Of a DNA stretch of 57,053 bases, positions 43,853-52,066 are shown in pieces. Positions within the stretch are counted from its first letter, which is position 1; every line of letters begins with the position of its first letter. The notes beneath the pieces were generated by a model. It saw only the letters and a list, made by a program, of their open reading frames with translations. It was not told the origin of the DNA and made no database searches. The DNA is taken from NCBI GenBank assembly GCA_038118245.1, contig JAYOHN010000004.1:1-57053 (forward strand), given 5' to 3'. This DNA comes from Poseidonia sp. (GTDB lineage: Archaea; Thermoplasmatota; Poseidoniia; Poseidoniales; Poseidoniaceae). The translations under genes and the position numbers were made by a program.

Positions 43853-44495
43853 GGCTTGCTGCATCGGAGCGACGACGCTCGAGTTCGGCGAGAACGTCTT
43901 CGGCGCTTTGCTCGGGCCGATAACCCGTTTTCGTGTGGCGCTTCGCACGCTTCTGAAGCGTTGAAGCGGATTCTTCATGGCCTTCCATCGAGCAAAGCAA
44001 ACCGATGAATTGATTCAACGGCATGCCTTGTTCCCAATCGATAAAGGGCGAGCCGTTTCGGTTCAACGGGAGTGCCGGTATTTTGGGCGCAAGCAAACGG
44101 AGGGTTCCTCGAAGACCTTCGGTTTCCACGCGGAAGAGTCGCCAGGAATCGCCTCGTACACCTTTGCGGCGGTGGGCATACAGCGGCATCAAGTTGCTTC
44201 GTTGGCCTTCACGAACCATCGCTTCCAACTGGTCCTTCGTGCGACCTGAAAAATACAATTTCTCCGCCTTGGTCGTTTTGACCTCAATGGGGAAGCAACA
44301 ATCTCCCCGGAGCGCCACCAAGTCCCCGCTGCCTTCCATGCCCGATCCGGCAGCACGAACGACGAGAAAAGGCCGCTGAAGGATGCGTCGCATGCGCCGT
44401 TTCTCGGCTTCGTCGCAACTTCGGATGACCGCTTCGACGCCCTTTTCGGTGCCTGCGAGGACCTCCCGCAATTCCCTTTCGTAGGCGCTTGTCAC
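43827..44495 (-). CDS. hjc: Holliday junction resolvase Hjc-like nuclease with a C-terminal extension
   Basis: 222 aa with a GTG start. The PD-(D/E)xK pattern is SAYERELREVL ... VVRAAGSG ... GDLVALRGDCCFPIEVKTTK. It is about 80 aa longer than typical Hjc and has a ~30-aa insert after the first helix. Confidence 0.6.
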   Translation of the reverse strand: MTSAYERELREVLAGTEKGVEAVIRSCDEAEKRRMRRILQRPFLVVRAAGSGMEGSGDLVALRGDCCFPIEVKTTKAEKLYFSGRTKDQLEAMVREGQRSNLMPLYAHRRKGVRGDSWRLFRVETEGLRGTLRLLAPKIPALPLNRNGSPFIDWEQGMPLNQFIGLLCSMEGHEESASTLQKRAKRHTKTGYRPEQSAEDVLAELERRRSDAASLTGTAQPW

Positions 44496-44621
44496 GAAGC
44501 GACATCCATGTCCATCGTTCTTGATAACTTCGGTTCAAACCCTCCTTGCATCGGTGGGTTCGTGAGGTGAACCATGACGGCGAACCGATAGATTAGAACA
44601 GGGCCCGACCAAGGGGACCCC

Positions 44622-45371
44622 GTGCAACGCGCCTACGTCCGCACGGAGGATTTTCGCCTGGCTCACCGTCTGCTCAAGGCATTGGAGTTTCATCGCGTCC
44701 CGGTTTCAATGTTGTCGGCGGACGAAGCCTTGCCCGATGCTTCGGCGTGGTGGTTTGGTTCACCGGATGAAGTGCAGCGCCTGGGCGGCCGTGGCGTGGC
44801 CGTGCTGAGCGAAAGCGTTGAGGAACAGGTCCTGGTTTGGACGATGACGAAAGCCCATCCGTCCGCTCCGCGACAACTCGTTTTCGGCCTTGACCCGGGC
44901 CCACGCCCCGGATGTGCGTGTTTTGCTGACGGAACGCTCTTGGGAAAAACCGTGGAAGAGGCCCCCTCCACCCTGTTCGCCTTCATGCAGCGCATGCTTG
45001 AGGCGATGGCGCCTGCTGACGTGCTGGTGCGTGTGGGGCACGGCTCGCCCACCCACCGAGACCGACTGATCAACGAAGCCATCGGCCGTGGCTATCGGGT
45101 TGAGGAAGTGAACGAATACCGAACCAGCGCAGGTGCCTCACGTCACGCTCACGGTGCATCGGCGGTCAAAATCGGTCGCCTGGCGGGAAAACCGGTCCAC
45201 GAACAACGCGAACACGCCCCTTCGATGGGCGAACTTCGCAACCTGCAACGCATCAGCCGCCGTCGGTCAAAAGGCGCCCTGACCATTTCCATCGAGTCGG
45301 CACGCCGGGTGATTGAAGGCCAAATCACGCTTGAAGAGGCGTTGAGCGAGGCGGGTTACGAAGCTTCGTGA
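44622..45371 (+). CDS. Hypothetical protein, possible RNase H-fold (RuvC/YqgF-like) nuclease
   Basis: 249 aa with a GTG start. LVFGLDPGPRPGCACF resembles the first-strand Asp motif of RuvC-like folds, and YRVEEVNEYRTS resembles a later acidic/YTS motif. Weak, pattern-based assignment. Confidence 0.35.
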   Translation: MQRAYVRTEDFRLAHRLLKALEFHRVPVSMLSADEALPDASAWWFGSPDEVQRLGGRGVAVLSESVEEQVLVWTMTKAHPSAPRQLVFGLDPGPRPGCACFADGTLLGKTVEEAPSTLFAFMQRMLEAMAPADVLVRVGHGSPTHRDRLINEAIGRGYRVEEVNEYRTSAGASRHAHGASAVKIGRLAGKPVHEQREHAPSMGELRNLQRISRRRSKGALTISIESARRVIEGQITLEEALSEAGYEAS

Positions 45372-46357
45372 ACCTCACCCTCCGGTCCTTCCCACCGGGC
45401 GGCGTTTTTGAGTTGAAGCTCCGGGGAAGAAGCGACCCAGTTTCGGAAAACAGCGTCGCTGATTTGGGGGGCCGCAAAGACCGCTGCAAGAAGGATGACC
45501 AGCGCCATAAAGGAAGAAGAAGGAACGTCCCCCGTCCCGTAAGAGTTTGGCCCACCGGCCATCAGTTTCACGGTCCCGAGCCACGGAATTTCACCGCCCG
45601 CAACACCCAAAATCCACCCGTCCCGGATTGGTCCGACCACGCCGGAGGGGCTGTGAACACCGGCGGACCCGTTGGTGGCGCTGCTGCCTTGGTCGACCGA
45701 GCACTTGTTGTTGTCCCCCAGGGTGAGGATGCCCTCGTGCGGCGGTTGCCACTGCCACACCACCAAGTGGGCCTCCACCCCTGCATGGGCCGGACGTTTG
45801 CAATCGTAGAACCCTGCGCCTGAACCGTCAAAGACCACGGTGATGTTAGCGACGTTTTGGACGTTGGTACCGGGCACGGACCACGTGAGGATGCAGGCAC
45901 CCGCTTTACCGTCTTCTCCGGTTTTTTGAGCGTCGTACGTGCCGCCGTCAGGACAGGGATTGGGGCCCTGCCGGTCGGGCAGAGCGGTTTGTTCCGCAAC
46001 CGCCCGGAGGATGGCCCTATGGATGATGGGCGTGCCGCCTTCGCCGTTTTTATCGTAGATGATGACATCACCGGGCAAGCCGTGTTGCTCGTAACCAAAG
46101 GCCGGATTTGAGGCATCGGTGGCCTCGGCATAGGTCACAACGGTGCTCGCCGGTTGGTCATGCACCAAAATGAGATCTCCGGCATCGATGCTGCCAACCT
46201 CCCCGTTTTCATCGTGAACCATGGAGGCGGATTCAACGACAACCAACGGCGGCATGGATCCGGTGTGGATCACCATCGCGCCGATTAAACAGGCGATCAT
46301 GCCGATGGCCAACCCAATCTCCAGCACCAAGGATTTGAGCGGATGATGATCGGTCAT
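45356..46357 (-). CDS. Signal peptidase I, archaeal/ER Sec11 type, with a large Cys-containing insertion
   Basis: 333 aa. An N-terminal TM helix is followed by box B VVVESASMVH, box C AGDLILV, box D GTPIIHRAIL and box E TLGDNNKCSVDQ. About 90 aa lie between boxes D and E. A C-terminal TM helix is present. Confidence 0.8.
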   Translation of the reverse strand: MTDHHPLKSLVLEIGLAIGMIACLIGAMVIHTGSMPPLVVVESASMVHDENGEVGSIDAGDLILVHDQPASTVVTYAEATDASNPAFGYEQHGLPGDVIIYDKNGEGGTPIIHRAILRAVAEQTALPDRQGPNPCPDGGTYDAQKTGEDGKAGACILTWSVPGTNVQNVANITVVFDGSGAGFYDCKRPAHAGVEAHLVVWQWQPPHEGILTLGDNNKCSVDQGSSATNGSAGVHSPSGVVGPIRDGWILGVAGGEIPWLGTVKLMAGGPNSYGTGDVPSSSFMALVILLAAVFAAPQISDAVFRNWVASSPELQLKNAARWEGPEGEVHEAS

Positions 46358-46372
46358 GGGCGAGGCCTCGGT

Positions 46373-46774
46373 TCAACGTCGCAGGCCTTTGCTTTCAAGG
46401 AATGCGTTCCATTGCTCCAAATGACCAGCACCCAGGGCCTCTGCGGCCGTGGCCCCTTCGGCTTTCCGCCGACGTAGTTCAGCGGTGGATTGAATTTCCA
46501 TCAATTCCTCGAGCGTCACGACGTGGCCCTTGAAACGGAGAAATTCAGGGAAGGCCACCAGAAAGAGAACAAGGGTGAGGACGGCGCCGACGATGGCTGC
46601 CCCGGTGTAGCCCTGCCAGTCGGGATGATCTTGAAGGAACATCAACTGGTAAGCACAAATCACGAGCAGAACGCCGCTGGCGCCCGAAGCAATGGCCGTG
46701 ATTGCAAATTGCCGTCCGTGCTGGTTTGCCCACCATCGGGCCAAGAATGAGGTTGTTTCGCTCACGATGCGCAC
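46373..46774 (-). CDS. Hypothetical small membrane protein (2 TM helices)
   Basis: 133 aa with a GTG start. The helices are FAITAIASGASGVLLVICAYQLMF and GAAIVGAVLTLVLFLVAF. It lies 15 nt upstream of the signal peptidase on the same strand. Confidence 0.5.
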   Translation of the reverse strand: MRIVSETTSFLARWWANQHGRQFAITAIASGASGVLLVICAYQLMFLQDHPDWQGYTGAAIVGAVLTLVLFLVAFPEFLRFKGHVVTLEELMEIQSTAELRRRKAEGATAAEALGAGHLEQWNAFLESKGLRR

Positions 46775-46905
46775 CTGTATTGCGGAAGGCGGAAACCGTC
46801 TTCAATGCTCGCATTTTTGGAAGCAACCCGTTTGAAGGGCCGCGGACCCCAGAGGGCATCATTCAAATGTGATGCAGGCACTCGTGAAGACATTGGGTGG
46901 TTGAC

Positions 46906-49900
46906 ATGCAGCGTGCACTCTTTCTCGTGATGGTTTTTCTTCTCTCGGTCCTCTCTCCGTTGGCCGGCGCCGCCACAACGGAAACGCAGTTCAAAGACGG
47001 GACCACCTCGTACGCCCACACCTTTTCCCAAAAGGGCGTCGGGCCCGCCGGCGTCGTCACCATACCCTACGGTGCAGAAGTGACATCGGCCAGTTTTAAC
47101 CTTCGAGGGGACGCCAGTTCCACCGCCTACACCAATTTCAGCTCCAACAGCCATTACGGCGGCGAGGGCGATTCAAGGGTGCAGGGCTCAAGCGGGCTTG
47201 CCCCATCGCCTTTTACGACCACGTACCGGGACAACCTGGACGTTTCCAGCCAAACCGTCTACCTCAAGGGCAACCCCACCGAGGTCATGCCCCGGTTCCA
47301 ATCGTCGAGCGACGTCAGTTCGCTCGGAAACGCTCACCTCAACACCACCGGCGAGTTCGTTGCGTTGAGTGACCAGGGCTACGTCAGCCCGACCAAGAAA
47401 TACAGCGATCTCACGGTTTCCAGCAACACGCCCTGGTCCTACACCGGCGTCGTGGTCCCCATCAACGCCTCGGAAACCCACATCATGCGTTACACCAGCA
47501 CGTCGGTTTCCAACGTCCCCACGATTCTCCGGGTGAACCCGAGCACGGGCGCTTACCTCGGCACTGCGTCGTACAGCACCGGAAGCTGCGGCTCGAGCGC
47601 CATTTACAGCATCCACGACGCCGACGTCTACGACGGCTACGTCTACACCGCCCACTGGTCGAGGTACACCGTCAACAAGTGGGACGTGGATTGGAACAGC
47701 GCAGGAAACAGCGTGGTCTGGTCCTGTCAGTCCAGTTACAATTACATGTACCCCAACTACATCTCCGGCATTGACTTTGACGACAACACCGGAAAGATGT
47801 ACGTCGGGGTGTACGACACCCAAGCGCAAAACCACTACTTGCGAGAGGTTAATCCCTCTTCCCCCACCGTTGTGAACAACACGTGGCTGATGACGTCCAC
47901 GTCCTACTACTACGACTACGGTGCAGGCCTCTCGGTCAGCATGCCCAGCGTGACGTACAACATCTACTTCTACAACACCGATTACAAGAGCGTCCACTAC
48001 CATTACTCGCTGCAGAGCGGTTTGCTGACCTCGCAAGGCGATCGGACCATGCCGGGAGGCGGCCACTACGGCCTGGTTGACTCGGACGACCACAAGGTGC
48101 ATTTCTCATGCCATTACGCCAGCACGGCGTACTGCACGCAAGGTGCACGCAAGGTCCACACCTATGGGGACGGCTCGCATCACGATGTTCGCTCTTCGAC
48201 CGTCACCAGCCAAACCGTGGTGGGTCAAACCATCTCCACCACTCGGGCTGTTGACACCATCAACGTCGACGGCATCCTCGGTTCCATTCCCAGCGGCACG
48301 AGCATCGACGTTGATGTTTCCAACGACGGCGGCACCACCTGGCGGAGCGCTTCGGTCGGGCAGAAAGTCGTCTTCCCGAGCGCCGGGTCGTACATCCTTT
48401 GGCGGGCGACGCTCAACGGCACCACCTCCGCCTCCCCGGTGTTGGGCGATGTCATCCTGAGTTACACCACCAACTACCAAAGCAGCGGGTATTACTACGC
48501 TTACCAGTATGTCGGAAGCGGCACCAAGAGCGTGGTCGCTGCGACGGTGAACTGGACCGAAACGGGACCTGCCGCCACCTCCGTGCAAGTGAACATCGGG
48601 TACTCCTCGAGCACATCGTGCAATTCCGGAAGCACCGGTGTTGTGCAATTCACGTCGCCCAACCAAACCAAACCGATGACGGGCAGTTCCTACTACTTCT
48701 GCGTCCGCATCATGATGTCCACCACGTCTTCGGGCTACACGCCGTCGCTCACCGGGCTTTCGATCGCTCTGCATTCAAACGCTCCTGAGCAAGCCGGTAT
48801 CACGATCAACGGTCAGAATGCATGGAAACGTTCCGCACAGAGCGGGGCGCTCATCGGTCCGGTGACGGTGACCACTCAGCAGAGCGGCAACACCCTGCTC
48901 ACGGCCCTGAACGCCGCCATACCCAACCAAGGTTCGGGCATCGCTGAGATTCCCATCAACTTGACTTCCGAATCGCCGGGCATTCTGGTGCTGGAGTCGT
49001 TCCAAATCACCTACACCATGCAAACCGTGAACCTTGACATCACCATCCCTGAAGGCGAAGTGCTCCACGAGCGGATCACCCCGTACGAAGTCGTTACACG
49101 GCACATCATCGGCGAGGAGGCGACCAGCATGGTCAGTGCAGAATTGACCCTCATGACCAATTCCATGGCGAACTGGCCGACGCTCTCCTGGCAGTACGGC
49201 GACATCTTCCCCGACCCCAACGACCCTGCACAGTACATCGAAGTGGACCCGACCTCGTACTCGGTTGAAAGTAACGGCATTCTTGAAATCCATTGGAAGT
49301 TCTTCGTGACCAGCGAAATGCCCGACCAGGAAAACGTCCGCTTCCGTACCGGCTGCCTTGACGACACCGGGGCTGCAGGCTTTGCTCCAGTCCCGCTCAT
49401 GTCCGAAAACGGCCTGCGCGTGAACCGCTCCTTCGGACTCGGTTGGCTCAACGTCCGCGACAACGACGGGGAAATGACTTCGCAGGACGTGCCGGACAAC
49501 GCCTGGGTGGCCGCTGGTGAACAAATCCACTTTGTTGGCGCCATGTGGTTCCAGGACACGGACGACGCACCCAAAGACAGCGCCTTTGACGTGCGAGTTT
49601 CTCGCAACGGTTATGTCGAGAGCACCGCACGAGACACGACCAACAACAACGGTTCGTATTTCATTTCCATCGACCTGCCCACCATCGATGTGCCCGACGG
49701 GTTGACCTATGAAGTGCAGACGTACAACGAACGCAATCCAGACCATGTCCAACAACCCAACGCTGATTGGCGCCGGACCTACCGCGTCGACGCCACGCAC
49801 CCAGAACGAATGATTGTTGCACCGGAGGACGATGCTTACGAGGCGGCGGCCAACGAACAACCGATTCATGTCTTGGTGGAAGACAAGGTGGGCCACCCCA

Positions 49901-51990
49901 TGGAACTGGAGTTGAATTATTGGGTGGAGGCCGACCACGACGCCAACCGCAACGGAGAGGCCGACCCCGAAGAATACGTGAGCAAAATCGTGCGCAACAA
50001 CACCGAAGCCAAATCGAAGTGGTTCATCACCAGCATCGACACCTCTCGCAACCCGAACATGGGCCGCGTGTCGTATTTCTGGGACGGTGGCGACCAAGCC
50101 GGAAACCCGCTCCACTTCAAGGTCCTCAACGACGATGACGAGGTGATGATGTTTGAATCGGGAGAAGGTTTCCTCTACGACGACGCCACCTTCCGAACCC
50201 GAAAAGACTCCTCGGCCATCTTCACCGGCCTCGAGTGGCTGGGTCACGAGGACAACGCAGCCGTGTATGCGGGGATGCAACAAACCGTGAGCCTCGGATT
50301 CATCGATGCAAACACCGCCATCGACTTCGAATTCATCTCCTTGGTCTTTGACTTCGAGGGTCCAAACCCCGCCCGAGACGCCCAGAGCATTTCATACTCC
50401 GGCGTAAACAACACCTTCTGGTCGGACTCCCCCTACATCCACCTCCTGCCAACGAGCAAGATGACCCAAACGACCAACGAATCCGGGTTGCCCTGGATTC
50501 TTCTGGAGTTCAATTTCAAATTCAGCTGGGATTGGCCCGACGAAGAGATGGGCGATGTCGCCCTGATGTACAAGGAACTGGGCAGTTCCGACCCGTCCCG
50601 TATTCTCCTCTTGGAACACACGTTCCGGGTTGAAAACGACCTGATGCTCTCGCCCACCGATTTCACGGTAGAAGACATCAGCGAACCACGTACCGGACCC
50701 ATTGCGGACGGCAGTCGCGTTCGGAAGGACGACCGCCTGGCCTTCAGCGGCCGTGTGGTGTACGAAGGCAGCCAAACGCCCGCACCCCGCGACGTGGGCA
50801 TCTTGGTCGAGGTCTTTGACGGCGAGAAATTGTGGTCCGACGGATCGCTGACCGCCGACGGCGGGTATGCGGTTGAAGTCCCCCTCTCTTCGGCTTCCAC
50901 GCTCCAATCCTCACCCTCCCGAACATGTCTGATCTCCATCACGAACATCCCCGGCCGAGGCGAGGACATGACGGGAACGCTCGTCTCCACCACCCTTCAG
51001 GTGGTTGTCGACGACGCATCGCCTCGGGTCACCCGGCGCGTGGCTCCGCTCAACGTCATCGACATTTCGGCCAGTAACGACCTGTCGCAAATTGCGGTTG
51101 AATTCCAAGGAACCGAAGACGCCGATTTGACCGGCTCAAAGCAGATGGTCCACTGGGTCATGCGTGACGCAACCCGTACCATGACCATCGGCGCCGGCTC
51201 CACGCTGCTCGGCATGCAGCAGGACGGTCAAACGGTCAAGTGGACCGGCGTGGTCGACATCACGGCGGGCGGGACCATCCTGCCCAAGGCAGGCGACTTT
51301 GTTGGCTTCTACGTCACCGGCTACGACGCTGCAGGAAACCAGTTCCCCGTTGTCTCGAACTCCGAAGCGAGCCCGATACCCGAGCTCGCATCGGACGACA
51401 CCGACTTTGAACGCCAGTGGGTCCGTCTCGGTGCCGTCGGCCCCGAGTTGCGCATCCGAAACATCGTGTTGAGCGACGACCACATCGCTCCGGGCGCCAA
51501 GGTCGATGTTCGTGCGGACATCTTCAACGCAGGTGGAAGCACGACGGCCCAGTTCAAGGTCGCCTTTTACGCCGGCAACAGCGACCAACCGTTCGACGTT
51601 GTTCGTGTCAACGGCATCGACACCGGAGAAACCTACTCCGTCTACGTCACGTGGGACTCCAAAGACGTCGACCGCATCCGAGTGGTGGTTGACGCTGAGA
51701 ACGAGATTCCAGAAGCCAACGATGACGACAACGCTGCCGAACACGCCGTGACCATCGCCTACGCCCAATACTTCGGCTGGTTTGACTCGGTTCGCGAGCA
51801 ACCCTTGGCGTGGTTGTTTGCCCTTCTGAGCATCTTGACCCTCACCATCGTGTTCACCGTGGCTACGAAAACCTCGATCGACTTCGGTGACGGTGCGTTC
51901 GATGACGACGACGCCGATTGGGAAGACGATGAAGACGAAGACGAGTCTGACGATGACGACGACGACGACGATGACGACGACGACGATTGA
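46906..51990 (+). CDS. Giant surface protein (1694 aa) with a signal peptide, a CARDB-like module, a C-terminal TM anchor and a poly-Asp tail
   Basis: The track ORF starts at GTG 46897, and the ATG at 46906 gives MQRALFLVMVFLLSVLSPLAGAAT. The ectodomain is rich in Ser/Thr/Tyr/Asn. The CARDB-like module is IRNIVLSDDHIAPGAKVDVRADIFNAGGSTTAQFKVAFYAG...YSVYVTWDS. The TM helix is LAWLFALLSILTLTIVFTVA. The C-terminus is 26 acidic residues out of 29. Confidence 0.85.
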   Translation: MQRALFLVMVFLLSVLSPLAGAATTETQFKDGTTSYAHTFSQKGVGPAGVVTIPYGAEVTSASFNLRGDASSTAYTNFSSNSHYGGEGDSRVQGSSGLAPSPFTTTYRDNLDVSSQTVYLKGNPTEVMPRFQSSSDVSSLGNAHLNTTGEFVALSDQGYVSPTKKYSDLTVSSNTPWSYTGVVVPINASETHIMRYTSTSVSNVPTILRVNPSTGAYLGTASYSTGSCGSSAIYSIHDADVYDGYVYTAHWSRYTVNKWDVDWNSAGNSVVWSCQSSYNYMYPNYISGIDFDDNTGKMYVGVYDTQAQNHYLREVNPSSPTVVNNTWLMTSTSYYYDYGAGLSVSMPSVTYNIYFYNTDYKSVHYHYSLQSGLLTSQGDRTMPGGGHYGLVDSDDHKVHFSCHYASTAYCTQGARKVHTYGDGSHHDVRSSTVTSQTVVGQTISTTRAVDTINVDGILGSIPSGTSIDVDVSNDGGTTWRSASVGQKVVFPSAGSYILWRATLNGTTSASPVLGDVILSYTTNYQSSGYYYAYQYVGSGTKSVVAATVNWTETGPAATSVQVNIGYSSSTSCNSGSTGVVQFTSPNQTKPMTGSSYYFCVRIMMSTTSSGYTPSLTGLSIALHSNAPEQAGITINGQNAWKRSAQSGALIGPVTVTTQQSGNTLLTALNAAIPNQGSGIAEIPINLTSESPGILVLESFQITYTMQTVNLDITIPEGEVLHERITPYEVVTRHIIGEEATSMVSAELTLMTNSMANWPTLSWQYGDIFPDPNDPAQYIEVDPTSYSVESNGILEIHWKFFVTSEMPDQENVRFRTGCLDDTGAAGFAPVPLMSENGLRVNRSFGLGWLNVRDNDGEMTSQDVPDNAWVAAGEQIHFVGAMWFQDTDDAPKDSAFDVRVSRNGYVESTARDTTNNNGSYFISIDLPTIDVPDGLTYEVQTYNERNPDHVQQPNADWRRTYRVDATHPERMIVAPEDDAYEAAANEQPIHVLVEDKVGHPMELELNYWVEADHDANRNGEADPEEYVSKIVRNNTEAKSKWFITSIDTSRNPNMGRVSYFWDGGDQAGNPLHFKVLNDDDEVMMFESGEGFLYDDATFRTRKDSSAIFTGLEWLGHEDNAAVYAGMQQTVSLGFIDANTAIDFEFISLVFDFEGPNPARDAQSISYSGVNNTFWSDSPYIHLLPTSKMTQTTNESGLPWILLEFNFKFSWDWPDEEMGDVALMYKELGSSDPSRILLLEHTFRVENDLMLSPTDFTVEDISEPRTGPIADGSRVRKDDRLAFSGRVVYEGSQTPAPRDVGILVEVFDGEKLWSDGSLTADGGYAVEVPLSSASTLQSSPSRTCLISITNIPGRGEDMTGTLVSTTLQVVVDDASPRVTRRVAPLNVIDISASNDLSQIAVEFQGTEDADLTGSKQMVHWVMRDATRTMTIGAGSTLLGMQQDGQTVKWTGVVDITAGGTILPKAGDFVGFYVTGYDAAGNQFPVVSNSEASPIPELASDDTDFERQWVRLGAVGPELRIRNIVLSDDHIAPGAKVDVRADIFNAGGSTTAQFKVAFYAGNSDQPFDVVRVNGIDTGETYSVYVTWDSKDVDRIRVVVDAENEIPEANDDDNAAEHAVTIAYAQYFGWFDSVREQPLAWLFALLSILTLTIVFTVATKTSIDFGDGAFDDDDADWEDDEDEDESDDDDDDDDDDDDD
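51901..51987 (+). repeat. GAC/GAT/GAA codon run encoding the acidic tail DDDDADWEDDEDEDESD(13)
   Basis: Read directly from the sequence. 13 consecutive Asp codons occupy 51949-51987. The antisense frame gives the spurious poly-Ser ORF 51759..52139. Confidence 0.95.
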
Positions 51991-52066
51991 CGTCTGACGC
52001 CTTCCAAGACGAAAGCCAAACGCTCAAATGCGGTGGGTGAAGCCCTTCCGAGAGGGAGGGGAGAGT

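Noticed and set aside
47188-50283. Minus-strand ORFs 47188..48102 (304 aa), 48106..48774 (222 aa) and 48775..50283 (502 aa)
   Set aside because: They are antisense shadows of giant surface protein 2. They are Val/Gly/Arg/His-rich with no signal peptide or motifs, and together they tile the opposite strand of one continuous 5-kb CDS.
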